A stretch of 64,000 nt of DNA from the human T2T-CHM13v2.0 reference genome, Homo sapiens, in the NCBI RefSeq assembly GCF_009914755.1, contig NC_060930.1, one strand, 5' to 3'. Below are positions 1 to 12,134 of this stretch, piece after piece. Positions within the stretch are counted from its first letter, which is position 1; every line of letters begins with the position of its first letter. A program made the position numbers and the translations under genes. The notes beneath the pieces are model-generated. The model did no database searches and had not been told where the DNA came from. It saw only the letters and a list, made by a program, of their open reading frames with translations.

Positions 1-431
1 TTACCCATGTATTGGGCAGAAAAACATTATTCATTATTTCAATTTGTATTTCTTTGGATAAGCATACTTTCCATATTTTTCTTCATTTTAATTTTCTTCA
101 TTCTTCAAACTTATTGTTTTTTTTTTTGCCCATTGTCTTTTGAAGATATATATCGTTTTCTTATTTATTTCTATAAACTTTATTTGTTGTGGTAAACTAA
201 TCCCGTTTCTTTTAAGAACTAATGCTTATAGTGTGTCATATGCATTTTCACTAGCTTATGGTTTCTTTTATTATCCTAATTTAAAATGTTTATGTAATTA
301 TATTTGTCAGCCTTTGTATATTAGTTGAGGATATAACTTTTCTAAATAGATACATGTTAATCCCAATGGCATTTATTAATTACCCTTTTTTTCTACTGAG
401 AGATATTTAATAATTTTCTAAAACTATATTA

Positions 432-433
<2 letters not shown>

Positions 434-471
<38 letters not shown>
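434..471. repeat. (AC)19 microsatellite
   Basis: Uninterrupted AC dinucleotide run seen directly. Confidence 0.97.
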
Positions 472-475
<4 letters not shown>

Positions 476-1486
476 CTTCATTTCTAGGCTCTTCATTATG
501 TCCTTCTGTTTCTTCTCTAGTACAAATAGTTTCAATTACTGCCATTTCAAAATATATTTATTATAAAGCTAGTTCTCCTTCACAGGTTTTTCCTGGCTAG
601 TATAAAAACAGTCAACATTGCTGTTCAAGAATAAACAAATGATTATCTCTCGATTCCAGGCCTTTCTCATTTTTATTTCCTCTTCTTTTTAGAAAAATTT
701 GCTGCTAATGGGATACAGGGTGTCATTACACACATTTGCATTACCAATTTTGTGCAAAATAAATTATGGTATATGAAGAGAAGACCAAACATGTTTCTGC
801 GAACTTCTATATGTCAGGCATCTTAACTGTAGAGATTCTCAAAATAAAAGAAGGAAGTAGGGAACAAGCAAAATCAAGGAGAGCTACTCTAAATTCTTGG
901 TATGTCAAATATTTTTATCCTATGACTTCCCCAAACAACATCGAGTCTTCAGTGAAAAAATGTGGTACTATTTTTGCTTAGTCAATTAAATCTTTATCTA
1001 TACCTAAATCTCACCCCCCCACCCCCATATATCTTATGTATCTTTCTGAAGAGAATTAGAAACAGTGATTGGGAAGGAAATCAATTGAAGAATCCAATAC
1101 AAGCAGATGTATTCTGAATTTCCTTTTCTTCCTCTTTACTAGTGTGATTCACATGATTACCTTCCTCTGCCTGAGACTTACACGCTGATGTTTTCCAGAG
1201 TTTAATCCTTTCCTCCTTATATCTCCTTATAGATCTTAGAATCAAGTGCCTTTAGGAGAAGGCCAGTAACAAAAGGAGTGGAGCAGGATTTAATAGGATA
1301 GTGCCTGGTGAGAACTGAGACAAACCAGAAGGGGCATGCCCTATTAAATGATGTTCATATTCAAACATTTAATAAATGCCTTACTGGTTCAAAAAATCTA
1401 CCTGGCAACCTTTGATCCTTGACTCTCCTGGGCACCTGTTCCATGCCTGAACTTATTGTTTAATGTGATAATTACTCCTAAGTCTA

Positions 1487-1844
1487 TGTATTAGCCTGTT
1501 TTCACACTGCTATCAAGAAATACCTGAGACTGGGTAGTTTATAAACAAATGAGGTGTAATTGACTCACAGTTCCGCATGACTGGGGAGGCCTCAGGAAAC
1601 CTCCAATCAAGGCGAGGGGCAAAGGGGAAGCAGGCACCTTCATTAGGCGGCAGGAGGGAGTGAGACCCCAGGAAAAGCTTCCACTTTTAAAACCATCAGA
1701 TCTTGTGGGACTCACTCACTATCAGAACAGCATGGGGGAAACTGCTCCCATAATACAGTCACCTCCCATCAGGTTCCTACCTTGACACATGGAAATTACA
1801 ATTCAAGATGAGATTTAGGTGGGATACAGAGCCAAACGATATCA
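1487..1844 (-). mobile_element. MaLR solo LTR (THE1D/MSTA-like)
   Basis: Termini tgtattagcc...gatatca match the reverse complement of a THE1/MST LTR; exact 5-bp TSD gtcta at 1482-1486 and 1845-1849. Confidence 0.92.
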
Positions 1845-1859
1845 GTCTATATCATTAAT

Positions 1860-2792
1860 TCAGTTTTCTCTTCTTAGTTTTAGATCAACATGTCCAATCC
1901 TGTAAGGAACATTTCCAAGTACACATCAGATATACACCAGATAAATATATATATAAACTAAACTCATGTTCTAAACTTCCTCCTCTTCATTTATGTCACA
2001 TTTACTTTCAGTGCTAAAGCCAGAATCTTGGAAAACAACCATGACTGTCTACTCTGCTCTTTACCTCCAAATGAACAGCAAGTCAAACACAAATCGCCTC
2101 CATGATTTTGCTGACGTCTATGTGTTATCCCTATTCCCACTTCACTCTCTTAGTTTGGCTTTTCATACTATTTTTGTTCTAGATGATTGCAACAGCTTAA
2201 TTATGTCCCCAACTTTCTCGTGTCACATTTTAGCTTGTTTAAAACTACTTTAACCTTCATAATCTTTCTTTAATAAAAGTTTATTGGAGACATTTCTCTG
2301 CTTCAAAGCGTCAGTGGCTCACTGGACTTCAGGCACACATGGCTCTTGGTCTTATCTCTACATCTTTTCAGCTTCCTTTCTCATCACTTCCATTGTCCCA
2401 TCTTCGTATTCTACCTTCTCTAGCCATGTTCATTAGCCTGCCTGAAATGTGGTGTGCACTTCAAAATCTTTGCTCATGGTATTCATTCTATTTCATGATA
2501 ATTTCCCCCACCTCCCTCATCACATTCCACGAAGCTAACCTTTATTATAAAACACTTCAGGGCTCAACACAGTGTAATTATTCCAGGAAATTCAGCGTTT
2601 CTTGTTTTTATACCCACTTTAACATGTATAATATGCTCTTTAATCTTTTTGTTTCTCTCTTCATTACCCCCAGTGCATCTTGAAATAGTGACTCAATTTT
2701 GCTTATTTTTTACATCTACAATATATATCTGTTACAGAGGAGATATTAAATATATGATTGTTTAAATATATGGATGAATAAATGAATGAGTG
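1860..2792 (+). mobile_element. L2 (LINE-2) 3' fragment, degraded
   Basis: Pyrimidine-rich L2-like body ending in the typical gatgaataaatgaatgagtga tail; boundaries approximate. Confidence 0.55.
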
Positions 2793-3404
2793 ACTGGGTA
2801 GAATAGGCAGTAACCTAGAACTTGAGAATGCAAGCATGATTTGGGAAGAAGGGTAACATTGCGAGTGCCAAGTTTTCATTATTATTTAACAAAAGAAATA
2901 TCAGACACATTCAATATAAAGAAATATGAAATAGTAAAAATAATGCTCCAGAAAAACCCAAATAAAATCTGAATTTTAGTAAATAAACTACATGAGTAAT
3001 ATAGCTTGAAATATGTATAGAAATAATATATTTTTAATTTTTGTCCAAATACTAGAATAAAATTAAATCAAACCTAAGCTTTATTTCAGAAAAAAGTCTA
3101 ATTTTTGTGGGCACACATTTTCTAATGAATAGTACACTCAATATTTTGTTATAAAATTAATAAGTTTAAGATAAAAGTCTCTATTGGTGTGAGGAGCTGC
3201 CAAAATTTGCTGTATATCATATGAAGAATCACTGAACACTTTAATATTGCCAGCACTGGAATGTTATATCGATTTCTTTTTTCTGTTTTTCATGTCATGC
3301 CAGGTTTAATAGTTAACTATTTTTAATGGGATGATTTAATCAAATGAATTATGACAAACTGCATTATAATGGCATTCTATTGTTTTTAATTTAATTGAAT
3401 GTGA

Positions 3405-3745
<341 letters not shown>

Positions 3746-5742
3746 TATATTAATAAAAGTCTTAACACAGAAATAGAGACATTGACTGCTTTCAAACCAA
3801 AATCTCTGCATTCAACCTAAACTGATGAGCATAGCACTATGATAATCCTTGAATTAATTGACTGAAAATAATAATGTTAGTAAAATAAAATGATTTACCG
3901 TAAGCCAAGAAAATTAATGTAAAATTCTGAATTCTGAAATTATTTAAAAATTCTAAAATTATCAATAAAAAAGTTCTTTGAAGTTCTTTAGGCAAATATT
4001 TGAATATGACCAAAGTAGAATATGGAGATAATTTGAAAAGTAAAAATGTGAAATAAGATCCTAAACTTAGTAGATATAAATTAAATAAAACTTAGGAGGC
4101 TGGCAAGGTAAAATATTGTTTTTAAGAAGAAAATTTCTGTTGGAAATACAATTTACATTAAGGACGCATAAAAAATTATAGTGTTACTATGCTACAGCCA
4201 TGAGTTTATTATTAGGCTATTTGATAGTATAATTTAACCTACTCTAATATGAGGGAGTAAAAGTCCAAGCCAGCTATAATCATGGGCTATAGAGGGGAAC
4301 AAAACACCCAGAGAATGCCTGCACCTGCAATGTTACCTACACACCTAATACGTGCGTTGAAAATCTCCCAGTAATGACTGGAGAAGAGAATGAGAATAAT
4401 TCTCTTTGCTTGATGTTTGGTAAAGAAAAGAAAGACTAAATGGAAGGTACATCTGGCAGCCTCTCACACCAAGTACCATGCAATTACTTCTTTCACTCCA
4501 AATATCAAGGAACTATGGGAGAAAATAACATAATTCTTAGGTTAGAAAACACTAAGATCTAAACATAAAATTGCGGAGTTTTTTTTTTTAACATTCTTCC
4601 TGTCTGCTTAGATAATTTGAGAATGATAGATCTCTGATTTTTCTGTTATATCTTTAATTGTACAGATGTCAATATAAAAACATTGAAAAATATTAGTAGT
4701 TTAACTATTCCAAATTAAATATATATAATTATAATAAAACAAATATAATTATAACTAATTTATTATAATTAAATATAAAAACAATGTTTTCTACTTTTGA
4801 TTACTATGCTACATAGTAATCAAATATAGATCACCCATATAATAATCAAAACTATAGCTCTGCTTTAAATGTCACTTAAAAGGATAAAATATTAAAACAC
4901 TTAGGCTTAAATAAGGTTTGAAAATTATTTTAGTCAAAAGACTATAGGTATAATTGAAAGTAAGAAATATTTCACACCTGTATTCAAATACAGTAAATAA
5001 GATGAAAAGATACTGAAGTAGAATATCACTAACACATGAAACCATGTAAAATATAGGACAGAAACAAAAAACTGAATGATTTTATGCCAAATCCTTAAAA
5101 ATAAGTATTTATGAAACAGAAAGAATTGAAAGACTTTGAACCTTATATAAATCTTTGTACTATTTCCTTCTGTAAATAAAATGTTTAGAGTACAAAATTA
5201 TACAAATGAAGAGATCCTGGCCATTCTGAAGTTAAATATCCTTAAAGTTTTGGTTCTATTGTTATGTTCCTTATATACAGAGAAGCATATTAACTAGTAT
5301 GTCATTTATAATGGTGATATAAAATAAAATCAGCTTTCTTAAATTATTCTCCAAGAAAGCTTAAGAAATAGCCATATGTTTTCCCCTAACACAATGAATA
5401 AAGGCTGTTTAAGAGAACTGCATTGTATTTGTGATCCAGGGTTTAGCATGGTACAAGAACAGATGTATTGTAAAGCTGACTGCGTAAGTGTCTTTTTCTC
5501 TGAGGCTTATGAATGCTGGAGCTGCTCTGTCATGCGGCCTATTTTCTGTTTACCATACAGATCCATCAGTTTCCCTGCCACTTCAGCTGTGTCAGTTCAA
5601 ATGACTTCCCAAACAGCCTCTGGAACGCCAACTGTAAAAGATGGATTTATTTGCTCAGTCTCCTTCCTGAAGCATGTATCTTAGATGGGTATGCAGTCAG
5701 ACCTTTTTTTTTTTTTTTGTTAAACGTACAACTTTTAAGATA

Positions 5743-6198
5743 CAGTCAGCTCTGCTATGATAACTCAGATTTGTTGCAAAGTGATAGGTAAGAGATAATT
5801 GAAGCATAACATTAATTTTGCATTTGACTATATGCAATTTTCTCCACTAGAAACACAAGGTGTATGCAAAAAAATGCACCCAGTTGAATGAAGCTATGTG
5901 GGTGTAAACTAAACACATATATGCACATCTCAAATATGTATCAGTTACCTCTATTCACCGCTTATCTGTGAGACACTCATCTACATCTGTTCTTACGATT
6001 TTCCCTCCTATTTCAGATAACGCTGCTTCCACCATTTCATAATAACTCACTAGCTAAAAACTGTCTTATGCTCATTCCTACAAGTAAAATTCAGGTCACT
6101 TTCATGGTAAAGTGACATATTTATTGTAGTATTTATGTACTTTTTAATGATTAACCTATTTAAAAATGTACTACTTCATGTTACAGTAGCACTGACCA
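5743..6198. mobile_element. Tigger-family DNA transposon (Tigger8-like)
   Basis: TA followed by cagtcagctctgcta at the left end; degenerate inverted end gttacagtagcactgacca; interior resembles the remembered consensus. Confidence 0.6.
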
Positions 6199-6574
6199 TG
6201 TTACCAAGAGTAAAATAAACTCTAAAACTATTGCATGCTACAATATATTCTCAGTTTTCACAGAGTAAAAGGTGTTGGAAACCATGCATGGGAAACTTAG
6301 AAAAAAATGACAGTGCTTCTCTTACAGAAAAATTCCGCTAGTTATTGTACTTTATAAAATTATTGTCGTTACTTTCTAATTGTTCACGTGTTTTCACATC
6401 AGTACAACTTATTGTTATCAAAGTATAATAAGAATTGAAAATAGTACACAAGGATTCTCTCCAAAAATATTTTTGTGGTTTCTTCAATCTTATTGAAGCA
6501 GAGCCCATTTCCACTGAGATTTCGTTGTGCTAAATCCTGAGAAAATCTATGAATACCCACAAATAAAAATAAAT

Positions 6575-6806
6575 ATCTGTTCGAGAGATGTATTGTATAA
6601 AATAGTGGTGATAGGTAATAACAATATACTGTATTTTTGAAAAATCCTGAGAGTGGATGTTAAATGTTCTCATGACAAAAATGATTATGTGAGGAAGTGC
6701 ATATACTAATTAGCTATATTTAGTAATTCTATACTGCATGTGTACTTCAAAACACAATTAATACATATAATTTTATCTGTCAATTAAAAAATAAGTAAAT
6801 AAAAAA
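6575..6806 (+). mobile_element. L1MA-type 3' end fragment
   Basis: L1MA 3'UTR-like sequence (gagtggatgttaaatgttctca...) ending in an A-rich tail; possible TSD aaaatctat. Confidence 0.7.
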
Positions 6807-7905
6807 TCTATAATCAAAATTCTGGGATATTTTGCATAAATATTTAAGCCCTTATTTCTACTTATTTATAATTTAAAAGTGAACCATAATACTTGTCAGT
6901 TTCAGGGATTTTTTTCCCCCTTTAAAAAATAATTTTAGCTTTTATTTTAGATTCTGGGGTACCTGTGTAGGTTTTTTACATGGGTATATTGCATGACGCT
7001 GAGGTTTGGGGTATGATTGATCCCATCACACCAGTACTGAACATAGTACACAGTAGTTTTCCAACACTTGTCTGCCTCTTTCCCCTTCTCCTCTATTAGT
7101 CCCCAGTTTCTAATATTACCATCTTTATGTCCATGAGTACCGATTGTTTAGCTCCCACTTATAACTGGGAACATGTGGTATTTGATTTTCTGTTCCTGCA
7201 TTAATTCCTTTAGGATAATGGCCTCTGTCTGCACTCGTATTGTACAAAGAATATAATTTTATTCTTTTTTATGGCTGTGTAGTCTTCTATGTTTTATACA
7301 TACCATGATTTTTTTTATCCAATCCACCATTGATGGGCACCTACAGTGATTTCATGTCTTTGCTATTGTGAATAGTGCTGTGATGAACATATGCGTGCAT
7401 GTATCTTTTTGGTAGAACAATTTATTTTTCTTGGAGTATACATTCAGTAATGGGATTGCTGGGTCAAATGGTAGCTCTGTTTTTAGATCTTTGAGAAATC
7501 TCTAAACTGTTTTCCACAGTAACTGAACTAATTTACATTCGCACCAACAGTTTATAAGCATTCCCTTTTCTCTGCAGCCTCACCACAACCTGTTGGTTTT
7601 TGACTTTTTAATAATAGCCATTTTGACTGGTGTGACACAGTATCTCATTGTGGATTTGGTTTGCATTTCTCTGATGATTAACATTGTGGAGCATTTTTTC
7701 ATTTGTTTGTTGTCTGCTTGTATGTCATTTTTTGAGAAGTGTATGTTCATGTCTTTTGTCCATTTTTAATGAAGTTATTTATTTCTTGCTTATTAAATTG
7801 TTTAATTTCCTTATAGATTTTGAGTATTAGACCATTGTCAGATGTATAGTTTGCAAATATTTTTTTCTGATTCTGTATAGGTTTTCTGTTTACACTGTTG
7901 TGTTT

Positions 7906-8228
7906 TGTATTAGTCCATTTTCACAGTGCTATACAGAATACCTGAGACTAGGTAAAAGAGGTTTAACTGACTCCTAGTTCTGCATGGCTGGGGAGGCCTC
8001 AGGAAACTTACAATCATGGTGGAAGTCGAAGGAGAAGCAAGTACTTTCTTCATAAGGCAGCAGGAAAGGGAGAGAGAGCAGCAGAAACTACTATTCATAA
8101 AATCATCAGATCTCCTGAGAAAAACCACCCCCATGATCCAATCACCTCCCACCGGGTCCCTCCCTCAACATGTAGGGATTACGGTTCCAGATGTGATCTG
8201 GGTGTGGACACAGAGCCAAACCATATCA
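7906..8228 (-). mobile_element. MaLR solo LTR (THE1/MSTA-like) nested in L1
   Basis: tgtattagtcc...ccatatca termini; TSD tgttt / agttt (4 of 5 match); L1 sequence resumes on both sides. Confidence 0.9.
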
Positions 8229-9349
8229 AGTTTATTTTGCTGTGCAGAAACTCATTAGTTTAATTAGGTTCCACTTGTCAATGTTTGTTTTTGTTGCAAT
8301 TGCTTTTGAGGACTTAGTCATAAATTCTTTGCCAAGGCTGATATGTAGAATGGTGTTGCCTAAGTTTTTTTCTGGGATTCTTATAGTTTAAGGTCTTGCA
8401 TTTATATTTTTAGCTTATCTTCAGTTAACTTTTGTATGTGGTGAAAGGTAGGGGTCTAGTTTTATTCTTCTGTGTATGGCTATCCAACTATCAAGCAACA
8501 TTTATTGAATAGGGAGTCCTTTCTCCATTGCTTGTTTTTGTAAACTTTGTTGAAGATTAGATGGCTGTAGGTTTGTGGCTTTAATTCTGAGTTCTCTATT
8601 CTGTTTCATTGGTCTATGTGTCTGTTTTTGTACCATTACCATGTTTTTTTGGTTACTGTGGGCTTATTGTGTAGTCTGAAGTAGGGTAATATGATGCTTT
8701 TAGCTTTGTTCTTTTTATTTGGAATTCCTTTGGCTATTTGGGCCCTTTATTGGTTCCATATAAATTTTAAAATAGTTTTTTCAAGTTATGTGAAAAACGA
8801 CATAGGGAGCTTGATAGAAATAGCATTGAACCTGTAGATTGCTTTGGGTTGTATGACTATTTAATGATACTGATTCTTCCAATTATTGAGCATGAAATGT
8901 TTTCTGTTTGTTTATGTCAGCTATGATTTCTTTTAGCAATGTTTTGCAGTTTTCCTTGTAAAGATTTTTAACCTCCTTGGTTAGATGTATTCCTAGGTAT
9001 TGTTTTTTGTTTGGCTATTGAAAAAGAAATTTGATGTTTTTATTTGGCTCTCAGCTTGAGTGCTATTGGTGTATAGAAATGCTACTAATTTTTTACATTG
9101 ATTTTGTAGCCTAAAACTTTACTGAAGTTGTTTATCAGTTCTAAGAGCCTCTTGACAGACTCTTTCGGATTTTCAAGGTATAGAATCATACTGTCAATGA
9201 ATAGACAGCTTGCCTTCTTCTTTTCCTATTTGAATGGCTTTTATTTATTTATCTTGCCTAATTGCTCTGGCTAGGACTTCCAGTACTATTATATGTTGAA
9301 TAGGAGTGGTGAGAGTGGGCATCCTTGTCTTGTTCTAGCTCTCAAGCAT

Positions 9350-10020
9350 TTAAATTGATGAAAATATGCAAGGCTAGTCTCAATTATTTTAAGAGGTTTA
9401 TTTGCCAAAGTTAAGATCATGTGCTTGGATGGCAGGTCTATGCCTTTCTCAAAAGATGATTTTGAGGGCTTCAGTATTTAAAGGGAAAGGGGCAGATATT
9501 GGCAAAAGAGGAAGAAATGTTTTTTTAAAAATGTATCAGTAGATAAGAGACAAAAGTTTTATCATTTTGGGTCTTTGATCAGTCTTTCACTGAATATATA
9601 ATTTTTGTGTGAGAAGGATGGTAGAAAAAATAGTCACTTACGCCTTTGTGTGTCTCAGTGAATCTGCATATTTACATTAGATAACATGAACAATAAGGCA
9701 GAGGAAGCAATCAGATATGCATTTGTCTCAGGTGAGCAGAGGGATGATGGAGTTCTGTCCTTTGTTCTGCACCTGTGAAGATAAACTTCAATTTACATTG
9801 CCAGAGTGAAATTCAGCAGAATTATTTTAGGTTAAAGATCTTGGGTCCCACAAGGAGTTTCCTTAGGGGCAAATCATGAGGAAGGTATTTAGCTTTTTGT
9901 CTTTGGAGCTATCTTATTTAGGAACCAAATGGGAAGCAGATTTGTGTGACCCAGTTCCTAGCTTGACTTTTCCCTTTGGCTTAGTGAGTTTGGGGATCTG
10001 AGATTTATTTTCTTTCTGCA
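9350..10020 (-). mobile_element. ERV1 solo LTR (MER4A-like) nested in L1
   Basis: Reverse complement begins tgcagaaagaaaataaatctcagatccccaaactcactaagccaaagggaaaagtcaagc, like MER4A; it interrupts the L1 RT region at ctcaag|...|agggtaat. Confidence 0.8.
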
Positions 10021-11854
10021 AGGGTAATCCTTCCAGTTTTTGCCCATTCAGTATGAGGTTCGTTGTGGGTTTGTCACAGATGGCTTATTATTTTGAGATA
10101 TGTTTCTTCCATGTCTAATTTCTTGAGCGTTTTTATCATGAAGGGATGTTGGATTTTATTGAAAGTATGTTCTGCAATTATTGAAATGATCATATTTCAA
10201 AAACATTCTGCTTATGTGGTGAATTACATTTATTGATTTACATGTTGAACAACCTTGTATCTCAGGAAGGAAGCCTACTTGACCACAATAAATAACCTTT
10301 TTGATGTGCCATTAGATTCAGTTTGCTAGTATTTTGTTGAGGATATTTACATCTATGTTAATCAGAAATATTGGTCTGTACTTTTCTTCTTTCATTGTGG
10401 TTTTGCCAAGTTTTGGTATCAGGGTGATGCTGGCTTCATAGAATGGGTTAGGGAAGAGTCACTCCTCAATTTTTGGAATAGTTTCAGTAAAATTGGTACC
10501 AGTACTTTCTGTACCTCTGGGAGAATTTGGCTGTGAATCCATGTGGTACAGAACTTTACTTGATTAGTAGAGTTTTTACTACTGATTCAATTTCAGAACT
10601 TGATATTGGTCTGATCATGGTTTATTTCTCCTCATTCAATCTTGAGAGATTGTGTGTTTCCAGGAAAGTATCTGTTTCCTCTAGATTTTCTAGTTTGTGT
10701 GCATAAAGGTGTTCATAATACTTTCTGATAATCTTTTATATTTATGTAGGATAAGTTGTCATATCACCATTGTTGTTTCTGATTGTCCTTATTTGGATAT
10801 TCTCCCTTTTTTCCTTTTGAATATAGCTAGCAGTCTATTGATCTTGTTTATCCTTTCAAAAATCCAACTTTTGTTTTTATTAAATCTTTGTATGGATTTT
10901 TGAGTATCAATTTTGTTCAATTCTGCCCCAATTTTAGTTATTTATTTTCTTCTTATAGCTTTTGGGTTAGGTTGTTCTTGTTTTTCTAGTTTTTCTAAAT
11001 GTGCTGTTAGATCATTATTTTGAGGTCTTTCTTTTTGAGGTAGCTGTTTAGTGCTATAAGCTTTCCTTTTAACATTGCTTTTGTGGCATCCAAGAGATTC
11101 TGGTATGTTGTGTCTCTGTTTCAATTAATTGCAATTTTTAAAAAATTTCTTTCTTAATGTTATATTTTACCTAAAAGTCATTCAGGAGCAAGTTGTTTAG
11201 TTTCTATGTAATTTGTGGTTTTCAGAGGTCTTTTTGGTATTGATTTCTGTTTTTATTTTACTGTGGTCTGTAATATGGTTGGTATAATTTTGATTTTTTT
11301 GAATTTATTCAGACTTGCTTTATGGCTGACGATATGGTCAATATTGGAGTTTGTTCCATGTGCAGATGAGAAGAATGTATGTTATGTGGTTGATGGGTAG
11401 AGTTTTCTGTACATTTCTATTAGGTCCAATGAACCAAGTGTAAAATTTAAGTCCAGAGTTTTGTTGTTAGTTTTCTACCTCAATGATCTGTCTAATGCTG
11501 TCAGTGGGGTGTTAAAGTTCCCCACTATTATTATTGGCTGTCTGAGTCTTTTTGTAGGTCTAGAAGTACTTGTTTTATGAATTTTGGTGCTCCAATGTTG
11601 TGTGCATGTATGTTTAGCACAGTTAAGTCTTCTTGTTGAATTAAAACTTTCATCATTATGTAATGCTCTTCTTTGTTCGTTTTTTAACCACTGCTGGCTT
11701 AAAGTCTTTTTCATTTGATATAATAATAGTTACTCCTACTCTTTTTTGCATTTTGTTTGCATGGTAGATCTTTCTCCAACCCTTTACTTTGAGCATATGG
11801 ATGTGTTTATGTATGAGATGGGTCTCTTGAAGAGAGCAAACAGATGTATCTCTC

Positions 11855-12047
11855 TTTTTTTTTTTTTTTTCTTTTGTGACAGAGTCTCACTCTGTCACAC
11901 CAGTACACCGAGCTAATTTTTGTATTTTTAGCAGAGATGGGGTTTCACCATGTTGGCTAGGATGGTCTCAATCTCTTGACCTCATGATCTGCCCGCCTCG
12001 GCCTCCCAAAGTGCTGGTATTACAGGCATGAGCCACCACACCTGGCC
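11855..12047 (-). mobile_element. AluSc-like element with a ~110-bp internal deletion in the right monomer
   Basis: T tail, then tctgtcac joined directly to accgagctaatttttg; Sc-type ggatggtctcaatctcttgacc; TSD cagatgtatct / caggtgcatct. Confidence 0.85.
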
Positions 12048-12134
12048 CAGGTGCATCTAATTTTTAAAGAAATTTTTAACTTAATATTTAAAAAGTGATT
12101 GAGTAATCACTTTTGAAGTGGTATAGTAAAGACT

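Larger units (their letters stand above)
6921..11850 (-). mobile_element. 5'-truncated L1PA15/16-like LINE-1 (3'UTR plus most of ORF2, disrupted), interrupted by two LTRs
   Basis: 3' end ttttagattctggggtacctgtgtagg...; colinear with ORF2 of the L1 at 43-47 kb; track ORF 11475-11714 carries the EN motif IIIVGNFNTPLTALDRS; truncated within the EN domain. Confidence 0.9.
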
